In this document: positions 12,901 through 23,301 of the stretch, in pieces
How the letters are laid out: every line of letters starts with the position of its first letter
Position numbering within the stretch: position 1 is the first letter of the stretch
Assembly: GCA_964035575.1 (NCBI GenBank)
Contig: OZ037839.1
Coordinates: forward strand, 744,001 to 808,000
Length of the DNA: 64,000 nucleotides
Origin: Rhynchopus sp. YZ270_cl-10
Taxonomy: Eukaryota
Direction: 5' to 3'
Notes under the pieces: generated by a model
Seen by the model: only the letters and a program-made list of their open reading frames with translations
Database searches by the model: none
Told to the model about the DNA's origin: nothing
Translations under genes and position numbers: made by a program

Positions 12901-13254
12901 ACACCTTCCTCCTCAAGAGTCTTAGATGGAACGAATAGTAGGTGAAGAGCGCTTCAGCACTCTTTAAACAAAATAACAAGGTATTTCAACAAAAATAGAT
13001 TATGCATTCAAATCAATTGAAGAGCATAGGCATACCATAGGTATAAGGGATCAACAAGAAAAAAACGCTCCAAGAAGGCGGAATAACACGCCCCAGGGGG
13101 GTGGCTGCATTCCTCGGAACGGGGTGCTCCATCCTATTTTATTGTTTCATATACTAACTATTCTACTGAATAGATGGTATAATAGGGTGCACTAAATGTA
13201 CCCAAACTTTTTTTTTTTACTTTATGTGGATTGTGGGGTGCTCCATCCTATTTA

Positions 13255-14310
13255 AAAACAAGTAATTGCTATCGGAAAAAAAACGGGGTGTGATGTGGAA
13301 CTCCATCCTGTAGAAATAATCTACAATACGCCCAGCATTCTGCTCTTCTGCAGGTATGCTACGCTCTTCGTACGCTGCCAGACCCACTGGGACGCCAGCA
13401 TCTGAAACGTTCAAGAAGGGGGGCTGTCCTCTTCGTCCAGCACCATCTGCTCGATAGCGTTGTTGGACGCCCGCTCGGCAGGCTCGGCGTGGTCCAGCTC
13501 GTTTTTGTCCACAGGGTCCCCACATTGTAGTCGTCGTTGGAGCAGTGCGGAAGGAACACAGAATGCACAGACTACAACACATCGATCACACCAGCAAATC
13601 GCCAGGATGCTACGGTGGTTTCGAAAATCGCGCGGAGTTTTCCACAGCACACCGCGTTTTTTTCTTAGCAATTACTTGTCCTTGTTGTTATTGTTGTTTT
13701 CAACCACCTTCCTTCAACCCTTGTAGGATCAGTTGTTATTTTTTTCGCGAAAACATGAAATTACACATTTCAAGAGAACAAATTAAAAAGGGTCCTTATT
13801 TGCATTTTTGGGCTCCGCCCGTGCAGTGGTGGGGTCAATCTCGAAAATTGGACAATTTTTTGACCACTTAAATTTTGAGAAATATGAGCCCGGTTGCTTA
13901 TACGTGGGGCCCATTTTCGGCTAAAATTTTCCTCAAAATCTGGTTTTGTAAAATTGACCCTTTACTCCCCCCCCACATCGATTTCAATACTATACCTTAC
14001 TTCACCTACGGTTGCCCTTACAGGGGGGTGAAGGAAGGTAAGTTGAAAAAGGGTCCTTATTTGCATTTTTGGGCTCCGCCCGTGCAGTGGTGGGGTCAAT
14101 CTCGAAAATTGGACAATTTTTTGACCACTTAAATTTTGAGAAATATGAGCCCGGTTGCTTATACGTGGGGCCCATTTTCGGCTAAAATTTTCCTCAAAAT
14201 CTGGTTTTGTAAAATTGACCCTTTACTCCCCCCCCACATCGATTTCAATACTATACCTTACTTCACCTACGGTTGCCCTTACAGGGGGGTGAAGGAAGGT
14301 AAGTTGAAAA
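13255..14310 (+). repeat. Dispersed repeat ending in 2 tandem 261-bp units
   Basis: Units start near 13785 and 14046; inverted homolog at ~42865-43905; related pieces at ~1620-1734/2589-2620 and ~6185-6300. Confidence 0.85.
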
Positions 14311-14778
14311 AACGTTTCTCAGAAGGTAGAACAACACCCCGTCTCTCCTCCTCTTGTATTTTTTTTTTGTGCGTAAAGTGCGTAATAAATATTCTGTGGC
14401 ATTTTTATTACCAATACGCTCCCACTACCAAAGAGGAAATCTCTTTGAGGCCAAAAAAATAAACTAGAAATTACAAAAAAAAGATCCACACAATGTGCCG
14501 ATTTAACAAAAAATACCATTTGAAAGCTTGGTCCATTGGTGGAAAAAAAGAGAGAGAGAAGTTTGTGCAAACGCAGAACACCAGGAGAAGAAAAAGGGGG
14601 AGAAGGGAAAAAGTAAAAATAAAAGCTTATTCAGCGAACCTAAGACTCTCTCTTGAGCTAGGTCCGCCTTTTGATCACAATTTCGGTATCTTACAGTGGG
14701 GGGGGTTTTATTTTTTTTTGTCTAGATGTCATCTGGACGTACGACTTCCAAAAAAAAAGAAGAAAAACATAACTCATT

Positions 14779-16425
14779 TCAATAACTTCTCCGCACACTT
14801 CTCGTTCCAACACGCCGTGTCTCCATCTGTCTAGGGGCTCGTTTTGCCCTGCCCCTCCCAGAGAGCCCATTGCTGCTGCCAATACTTCCTCCGAGCTTTT
14901 CGTGAATCTCTTCGATGCTCGCTTCTGCAAACGACATCCCCCCAACGAGGACAAGAGGGCTGTCACGGTCGACGCTGAGACATTGATCCGCAGGGATTTT
15001 GAAGCGTGGGGTGCTGCTACTGTGGAGGGAGTTCGACGTCGAGAGCGAGGTTGAGGTGTCTGCCCCTTCCTCTCCTGCCTCACCTTCGTCGCTGGAGCAA
15101 GGGAGGGAACTGCCGAGGGAAGGCGGCGGCTCGACCATAAGAGAAACGGTGTCATGCCTTCGGGTCTGCATTCTGATCGACCCCGCCCGCATGCAGCACG
15201 TCTTCGTGACACCGGAGAAGTCCGCTTCTGCGTCCCCTTTCGCACACTCCGCACACCTCCCCGCTCCAAAACACGCCAACACCTCTCGACACATCTCCTG
15301 CGCCACCCTCCGGGCAACCGGCTCTCCATCACACAAACTCCGGTATTTATTTCTCATCAACCTGCATACACCTGGTTCTAGCAGGAGGTCGTCGCTGATG
15401 GTTACTATATCTGGGTCATTCATGTCCCAAACGTGTTGTGCTAGTTGGAGAAGGCATTTTGGAGCGTTAGAGTCGACCATAAGCCAGTATAAAGGGTGGT
15501 GGGAGGAGGAGCGGACCCCAGAGCGGGATTCCCGCCAGCGGTTGCGGCGGGTGTTGCCGAGGAGAGGTGTGCGGTAGTGGTGGAGCCAGCGTTCGATGAT
15601 GGAGGTGGAAGGGAAGGAGTCGCCTGAGAAGCATTCACTAAACATCTTGCCTATCGCTTGGACACGTGCCCTAGAGATGTTCGGATCTGCGTCAAGCAGG
15701 GACCCGTACCTCGTGATATTCAGTATATACTGTCCGTCACATCGCACTACATTGCATTTGCATGAATCAAAGAACTGCAATGATACTCCACACCACGGTG
15801 CATATTTTGCAGAGACCGGTACTGCCCAAAGACTCTTTGAGTCACACAGCTTCGGTCTTGATGATAAAGAGTGATTGCTCTCTTCTACTGTACTCCCTAG
15901 AACCGCGTTTAGTGAAGCATCAAGAAAGCTATGAAGGAGTTGGCTGTGATTACTGCAAAGACGCTTTCCGTTGAAGCTCCGAAGATACGCATCAAGCCCG
16001 GCACGGCGTTTGTCGATCGAAGCCAGCGAATGATTCGCCCTCGATGTGAACAGACGTGACGGAAGGCGGCCTACCTGCTTCCTACACGGACACGCTGCGT
16101 TGCATCCTAACGCAAGAAACGTACGGTGAAATGCCCTCACCGTTGAGTACCTATGGTCTGAAGTAAACGTCATGGCACCTACCTTGATCAGAATGCGGAA
16201 CACCACGTACTCCACCTCTGGTAGCCTAGGGTACACAACGATGCACTGTGGGACGCTCAACTCCATCTTTGTGCCCTGAGACACATGATATGCAATAGAA
16301 GGGGAATCGAAGCTGATGTTCTCTCTGCTGTTGATGAGACCACCTCCACTGAACTGCGGGTCCTCGTACACTCCATCCTCCGCAGGGACATCGTCCGAGA
16401 ACGCTGTGAAGCGATCTGTTCCCAT
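14779..16425 (-). CDS. PX (phox homology) domain protein
   Basis: Long ORF, likely start MGTDRF at 16425 after a pyrimidine tract; PX-like motifs YVVFRI..DHRYSTVRAFH..LPSRLF..IDKRRAGLDAYL. Confidence 0.75.
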   Translation of the reverse strand: MGTDRFTAFSDDVPAEDGVYEDPQFSGGGLINSRENISFDSPSIAYHVSQGTKMELSVPQCIVVYPRLPEVEYVVFRILIKVGAMTFTSDHRYSTVRAFHRTFLALGCNAACPCRKQVGRLPSRLFTSRANHSLASIDKRRAGLDAYLRSFNGKRLCSNHSQLLHSFLDASLNAVLGSTVEESNHSLSSRPKLCDSKSLWAVPVSAKYAPWCGVSLQFFDSCKCNVVRCDGQYILNITRYGSLLDADPNISRARVQAIGKMFSECFSGDSFPSTSIIERWLHHYRTPLLGNTRRNRWRESRSGVRSSSHHPLYWLMVDSNAPKCLLQLAQHVWDMNDPDIVTISDDLLLEPGVCRLMRNKYRSLCDGEPVARRVAQEMCREVLACFGAGRCAECAKGDAEADFSGVTKTCCMRAGSIRMQTRRHDTVSLMVEPPPSLGSSLPCSSDEGEAGEEGADTSTSLSTSNSLHSSSTPRFKIPADQCLSVDRDSPLVLVGGMSFAEASIEEIHEKLGGSIGSSNGLSGRGRAKRAPRQMETRRVGTRSVRRSY

Positions 16426-17280
16426 CAACAGCGAGAAGGACGACAACGCAGCTCTCCCAAAAAAGAAGAAGAATAAAAAGAAGGAAAAAAGAAAAGAGAG
16501 AGAGAGTAAAAAACCCAAGATTGAAACCCTAGCTCACTTTAGAGAAAAGGTATAACGAAGCAGGAGAAGGTGTGTGTGGGGAGGGATTTCTCGTGTACGT
16601 GATCTGTGGTTGTTGGTGTGTTTTATGGAAAGGAAGAAGAAAAAAAAGGAACACAATCACGCAAAGATAAATCGTGGCCATTGATGCAGACATTCCTCTG
16701 ATCGACCCCCTATACTCAGCCAACCGGGTGAAAACACCGTAGAGAAATTGAAAGCGCGAATGCTTGGATATCAGGCAGGCATCGGGCGTTGGTTATACCA
16801 TGAGATATGGAGCACAGCACACCCAGAGCACTGTGAGTATTGTATACACAATACCGACAAAACAAAAACCATATTTGGCACGTTAAATGGACACAGGAGA
16901 AAGCCTAGGGTTCGATGCCAGTCATGACCAGTGTACTACACATTGATCATCCCCGCAGTAAAAAAACACAACAAACAAAAATATTATTGAGATGAACCTA
17001 CCGGGAGTGAAAAATACGGAAGTAACAAAGTGGAATGGCATGAAGCATGCAAGCGGAATGTGAAGTGATGTGAAGTGAAGGAAAGAGAGTTGAAGTGAAG
17101 GACACGCAGAGAGCACAAGAGGAACTGTGCCCTTGATCCGACCCCAAAGAAGTGTCCAATGAAGGTGGGTGGTACAGTGGGGATGATTTCTTGCTCACTC
17201 AACAAAACACTACTCGACCCGCCCAAACACACCCAATAATCCTAACACCCCAATTCCCACACCCGCTTTCTTTACTTCCC

Positions 17281-18505
17281 CTAAAAACCAACGTCACCTA
17301 GTCTGCTGCGTACAACGTTGCTACACTTGTCCCTTCCGTCGACTTTCGACAACATTTTGCAGTTGGTGAGAAAATAATTACCAATCGTGGTGACTGCTGC
17401 AGGCCGGAGAAGTCCACTTTCGACAACGTTGTGCAGTTGGAGAGAAAACAATTACCAATCGTGGTGACTGATTGCAGGCTGGTGAAGTCCACTTCCGACA
17501 ACGTTGTGCAGTCGGAGAGAAAACTGTAACCAATCGTGGTGACTGCTTGCAGGCGGTGAAGTCCACTTCCGACAACGTTGTGCAGTTGTAGAGAAAATAA
17601 TCACCAATCGTGGTGACTGCTTGCAGGACGGTGAAGTCCACTTCCGACAACGTTGTGCAGGAGGAGAGAAAATAATTACCAATCGTGGTGACTGCTTGCA
17701 GGCTGGTGAAGTCCACTTCCGACAACGATGTGCAGTCGGAGAGAAACCCGCCACCAATCGTGGTGACTGCTTGCAGGCCGGTGAAGTCCACTTCCGACAA
17801 CGATGTGCAGTCGGAGAGAAAAAAATCACCAATCGTGGTGACTGATTGCAGGCCGGTGAAGTCCACTTCCGACAACGTTGTGCAGTAGTAGAGAAAACTG
17901 GTACCAATCGTGGTGACTGCTTGCAGGCCGGTGAAGTCCACTTCCGACAACGTTGTGCACTCGGAGAGAAAATAATCACCAATCGTGGTGACTGATTGCA
18001 GGCCGGTGAAGTCCACTTTCGACAACGTTGTGCAGTTGTAGAGAAACCCGCCACCAATCGTGGTGACGCAGGGTAATGCAGGCAGGTGCAGTGTGATGCC
18101 ACAGTTGTCATCCACATTGGGTACGCAACTGAAACCAATGCGCGTTACGTCACTACGTGAGAAGAAGTCATCTGGAATCTCAGTCGCAACTTCTGCCTGA
18201 AGAAGCAAGCTGGCCACCTTCGGATCCTCCACCTGCTGCAACCTTTCTGCTGTGATGTTTGTCTCACCCAATGCATGAAGAGCTGATATGGCTTCGTACT
18301 TCATCGTTTTCGTCAACACGACTGTGTCTCCAGCACTCAGTTCTGTGATGTCCTCTCCTTCCTCCTTCCCTCCGAAGCCCATGCGGAAGCTGTCTTCGCA
18401 CAACTCTGTTGCAGACGCCACCTTCTGCCGCATCGTCTCCGTTGTGTCCTTCTCACCCACCTCAATCACGAAGTCCTTCCCCAAGCCCTGGATAGTCAGT
18501 TCCAT
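17281..18505 (-). CDS. Ubiquitin-like domain + ~10 BspA/TpLRR-type 23-aa leucine-rich repeats; two 1-nt frameshifts near 3' end (pseudogene or sequencing indels)
   Basis: N-terminus MELTIQGLGKDFVIEVGEKDTTETMRQKV..MGFGGK resembles ubiquitin; 69-nt repeats encode TTIGxxFLxxCTTLSEVDFTGLQxV; single-base losses near 17553 and 17397. Confidence 0.8.
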
Positions 18506-18599
18506 TTTCTGTGTCTCTTTGATGTATCTCTGCGGGTGGGTTGTTGGGTAAGGAAGAGCTTTTAACCCGCAAACCCCAAGATTTTTTATCATCTGAATC

Positions 18600-20286
18600 C
18601 ATACTTGGAGCTATCTAGCCGTGGTACGTGGCAATTTTTTTCGCCAAAAGACATACTTATCGCTAAATATGCCGTTTTTCCCGAAAATTTTTAGAATTCC
18701 ACGCCCAATTTCTTTCTTTTTGGCAAAAAAAAATTTTTCGCGCTTCGCGCGAAAAAGGTCCTCAGAAGCTCAATTCCGGAAACAAATACGGGGGGAGCGA
18801 CGTTTTCCAACTCCTCCGCCATCAGCAGGAACACCTCCGTTTTCTCTTGAATCTGTGACGCTTGTTGCTGAGAAACAGCGCAACAGCGCGTTCAAGCGTA
18901 TTCCCCATCTTTTCAGTGTTAAACTCGTGGGGAAGCCACGGTACGCAACATTTCTAAAAAATGCGCTTACAATTGCACCTTTTTTTACAGCCAAACTATG
19001 TCATGGAAAGGATGTAATGCAAGCTTGCGCCGCAGGCGCATGGTACGCTACTTTTTTCTTTGCCCTTATCCTTCTTTCTCACTCCTCATTGCTTCCCAAA
19101 GGTTCTGGCGAAGCCACGGTACGCAACATTTCTTTAAAATGTTGACATAAAATGGCATTTTTGTTGGTAACTATCGTCCAGTTCCGTAAATTTTACTTCC
19201 ATATTTTGCTAAAACGAAAGTTTCTAGCGAAGCCACGGTACGCAACATTTCTAATAATTGCGCTTAAAATTGCCTACTATGTCGCGGGAAGGGTGGGTTG
19301 AAAGCTCGCGCCGCAGTGCATCTTCCTTTTCCGGTAAAATAGAAGAAAATTGTCTTCTAAAAATAGAATTCTGTGGGGGGTAGGTGAGAGGTGGGCGGAG
19401 CCCCCACTCCTCACCTAACCCCACCCCAGCCTCAATCCAAAACCCAAATTACCACGTATGGACACGTACGGATTCCACCTTTTCAAAACAATTCACGTAT
19501 GGATTTCCATACGTTCCACACGTGGAGCGTAATCCCTGTCACCAGAGTCACTCAACGAACCCTTTTTTGCGGAGCAAAAAATGAAAAAATGGCGCCGCAG
19601 GCAAAAAAATTTAAGATACAGGATGCAACCCAGTTCCCCAGGTGCATATCCTGGAAGGAAATTTATTGCCTGAGGCAAATTTATTTCCTGGGGCAAATTT
19701 ATTTCCCGAGGCAAATTTATTGTCTGAGGGAAATTTATTTCCTGGGGTAAATTTATTGCCCGAGGCAAATTTATTGCCTGAGGGAAATTTATTTCCCGAG
19801 GGGAAATTTATTTCCTGGGGCAAATTTATTTCCTGAGGCAAATTTATTGCCTGAGGGAAATTTATTGTCTGAGGGAAATTTATTTCCTGGGGCAAATTTA
19901 TTTCCTGGGGGAAATTTATTTCCCGAGGGGAAATTTATTTCCTGGGGCAAATTTATTTCCTGAGGCAAATTTATTGCCTGAGGGAAATTTATTGTCTGAG
20001 GGAAATTTATTTCCTGGGGCAAATTTATTTCCTGGGGGAAATTTATTTCCCGAGGGGAAATTTATTTCCTGGGGCAAATTTATTTCCTGAGGGAAATTTA
20101 TTGCCTGGGGGAAATTTATTGCCCGAGGCAAATTTAGTGCCTGAGGGAAATTTATTTCCTGGGGGAAAATTTTTCCCTGGGTAAAAATTTTTTTCCTGGG
20201 TAAAAAAAATTTCTTTCCGGCCGATTTTTTTCTTTCTTTTGGGAAACAAAATCGCCACGTACCACGGCTAGTTAGCTACAAGTATG
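18600..20286. mobile_element. CATACTTG-terminus element remnant (rearranged)
   Basis: Inverted ends CATACTTGgAGCTAtCTAGCCGTGGTACGTGGC / GCCACGTACCACGGCTAGtTAGCTaCAAGTATG; no TSD visible. Confidence 0.6.
19659..20200. repeat. 18-19-bp minisatellite (AAATTTATT(T/G)CC(T/C)G(A/G)GG(C/G))n, roughly 28 copies
   Basis: Read directly; lies within an imperfect fold-back spanning ~19585-20412. Confidence 0.95.
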
Positions 20287-22670
20287 GCAAAAGAAAGAAA
20301 AAAAATCGGCTGGAAAGAAATTTCCTTCGGGCAATAAATTTCCTTCCGGGATATGCACCTGGGAACTGGGTTGCATACTGTACCTTAATATTTTTTTGCC
20401 TGCGGCGCCATTTTTTTTTTTTTTTTTTTCACTGTAACCCAGGCTCTCCGCTAGGATTTCCGATTTTGAAAATATTCTGTTGATGGTCCACGTTGGTGGG
20501 GTACATGCTTGCGCCGCAGGCGCACGGTACGCAACTTTTTTTTTTACCAACGCCCGATTTTGACTTTTTTGGGACGTTTGAGCACTCACCTCTCCATATC
20601 TTCTTCTCCTGAGCTTTTTTGACAGGTAGAACGGGTCTGAACCACTTAGCAGAACTTTTTTTTTTTTCTTTTTTTCCCCATTTTCAAAAAGTTCTGTTGA
20701 CAATCAACAGAACTTTAGTACCTAGCGGAGTGCCTGCTGTAACCTACCATGGTAGGACACGGTAATTATTGGTAGCCGCGCCACTGGTACTGCCTCTTGC
20801 TTAGTTTTGTTGTTGTGCTACTTAGCGGGGTTCCACACTGCGACGGGGCAGGGGGGACAGCTTCCCTTTTCCTCTTGGAGACACAGTCCGCACACCTCTC
20901 CCCAAGGTGTGGCAGAGCCTACTGACTCTGGGCTGACGACAAGAGGGGACATGCCCTCAAAGTAAAAAGCTAAAAAATTGGGTTTTTTTTTGTTTTTTTT
21001 TTTTTGTTTTTGTTTTTGCTTCTGTTTTTTTTTTTATCAGTCCTATTCGTGGTCATTTACCCCCCCCCCCCCCCCTTTGGGTCGGTGAACCGGAAATTTT
21101 GGAAATAAGGGGGTAAAATAAGGGGGGGGGGGGGTAAATGAGGGGGTAAGGGGGGGGGGGGGGGGGTTAGGTGGGGGCAAAACCCCTATTTTTTTGAGGC
21201 ATTTTGACTTTTTTGGACTTCCGCGCAAAGTACGTACAAACCACCCCTCATACCCACCCAGAAATGGGTCAGAAACACCCTGTGACCCGAAAATCCATGC
21301 TAAGGGCGACTCAGAATATGAAAAAATGCAAAAAAATAGTGAAAAAGTGGCCTTTTGACGGTTTTGGCCATGTTGGGTAAAATGGCCATTTTTGGACAAA
21401 AAAATCAAAAAAACAGCAAAATTTCGACGTCATGACAGCTGCTTGGGCACAAACCTACCCCAGGGAGGTCCTGTGAGTCCATTCCGACCTGTTTTGGACA
21501 CTTTAGGTACTTTTTTTGGCCGTTTTTTGGTGTTTTTAGGTCAAAAAATACCCTGGACTTTACCCTGGACGTCCCTGGGCCGCGACTTGCGCCCTGCTTT
21601 TGGACCCACTCTGGGCCAAAAAATGGGTGAAAACCCCCGAAAAAGCACTCCGGGAACCCAGATAGTTCCAAATATCCACTAGAAACCCACCCAAACACCT
21701 CAAAAACATGCCAGAAAAATATTTTCAAAAACACACTTTTTTCAAAAAGTTCATCTGGGCAGGTTCCATAATAACTTCCAGGGTAAAGTCCAGGGTATTT
21801 TTTGACCTAAAAACACCAAAAAACGGCCAAAAAAAGTACCTAAAGTGTCCAAAACAGGTCGGAATGGACTCACAGGACCTCCCTGGGGTAGGTTTGTGCC
21901 CAAGCAGCTGTCATGACGTCGAAATTTTGCTGTTTTTTTGATTTTTTTGTCCAAAAATGGCCATTTTACCCAACATGGCCAAAACCGTCAAAAGGCCACT
22001 TTTTCACTATTTTTTTGCATTTTTTCATATTCTGAGTCGCCCTTAGCATGGATTTTCGGGTCACAGGGTGTTTCTGACCCATTTCTGGGTGGGTATGAGG
22101 GGTGGTTTGTGGGTACTTTGCGCGGAAGTCCAAAAAAGTCAAAATGCCTCACCCGTCCTGAAGGTTTTGCCCCCACCTAGGCATACCTAGAAAGCGAATA
22201 TGATATTCGGCCTATATTCGGATCCAAAATTCTTGGGCCATATTCGGCCTATATTCGGATCCGAATATAGGCCGAATATGCATATTCGGCCTATATTCGG
22301 ATCCGAATACACAGAATCTAGACTGCAGAAAGGGTGTGAGTGAGTTTGGATGGGGGTGGGTGGGGACATGAGGTAGCGAAACGCGTGTATTGGGGGGTGG
22401 GTGTGGGGGTCTTTTGATGATCGGTGTCTTTGCAAAAACAAGAGAAGTTGAAAGCACAAAAAGCACTGTTGATGGAAAAGAGGCAATACAGAAAGTATCA
22501 AGGCTGTCCTTACAGACGCATGCCAAAGCGTCCGCCACGTGGGTGTGGACTTAAGATTGAAGTAGTAGTAGGAGTAGTGCAAACAAAGAGGGGTTTTTTT
22601 TTGTTTTTTTTGAAAACTTGGTTGTTTTAGTGTAGACACCCGAAGATGAACTCCACTATACTACACGCGT

Positions 22671-23252
22671 CTAAGTGATGCCGGAGTTACTCCATGCAAT
22701 GCTCATGGCGGTCGTCGTCGTCCAGTCTCGATTGGGCGGCGGCGGCGGCACTGGCTTCCTGGCTGCAGTCAACCCACGGTCGGGTGGGGGCGGCGGCGGG
22801 GGCTTGTTCTTCAGCGCCTTGTGAGGCGTCTTGACCTTCCCACCGGTGGTGCACGTCATGGTGGGGGTCGCTGTTGTTGTGGCTCCTGCGGGGAAGCAGG
22901 CGCCGGGTGTCTCGTCTTCGGTGCAAGTCGCTGCTGCTGCTCGCACCAACATCGCAAGCGCTACGGCCCGCGGTGTCACGTCATGTGGCGGTTGCACCGC
23001 CGTTTCCTCTTCTGCCACCTCTATCGTGAGCTGCGAGATCAGCCCCGATAGAGTGCATGCAGCTGACACCAGGTCGGCCGCATCACACCACTCATCCTCA
23101 GTCATCGCTTCAGCCGTCATAGCCCGCGCCTGAGCAATCGCCATATCATATCTCCTTAAAAGGAGAGTCATATTCGCGTGTAGTATGGTGGGAGAGGGCG
23201 AACCCCCTCCCTTCCTCCTGTATGGGGGACTCCACAATGAAGTACAGTACAT
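22671..23252 (-). CDS. Second ORF inside the hAT-like element; Ala/Thr/Pro-rich protein of unknown function
   Basis: 193-codon GC-rich ORF directly downstream of the transposase, same strand, with polyproline tracts; start uncertain. Confidence 0.45.
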   Translation of the reverse strand: MYCTSLWSPPYRRKGGGSPSPTILHANMTLLLRRYDMAIAQARAMTAEAMTEDEWCDAADLVSAACTLSGLISQLTIEVAEEETAVQPPHDVTPRAVALAMLVRAAAATCTEDETPGACFPAGATTTATPTMTCTTGGKVKTPHKALKNKPPPPPPPDRGLTAARKPVPPPPPNRDWTTTTAMSIAWSNSGIT

Positions 23253-23301
23253 TTTTTTTTTTGTTTGCTCATGAAAAAGCAGCTCGAGATGATACCAGCA
23301 T

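Noticed and set aside
17340..18070. Diversity-generating retroelement target
   Set aside because: Variation is not adenine-specific, no template repeat is seen, and the nearby RT is an APE non-LTR type
19659..20200. CRISPR-like regular array
   Set aside because: No unique spacers, no cas genes, eukaryotic context; the same applies to the 69-nt LRR repeats, which are coding
19611..20388. Kolobok/piggyBac element from TTAA flanks
   Set aside because: Inverted symmetry continues beyond TTAA, so it is not clearly a TSD
20900..20970. Hammerhead ribozyme around CTGACGA
   Set aside because: No correctly placed GAAA after stem II and no closing stems found
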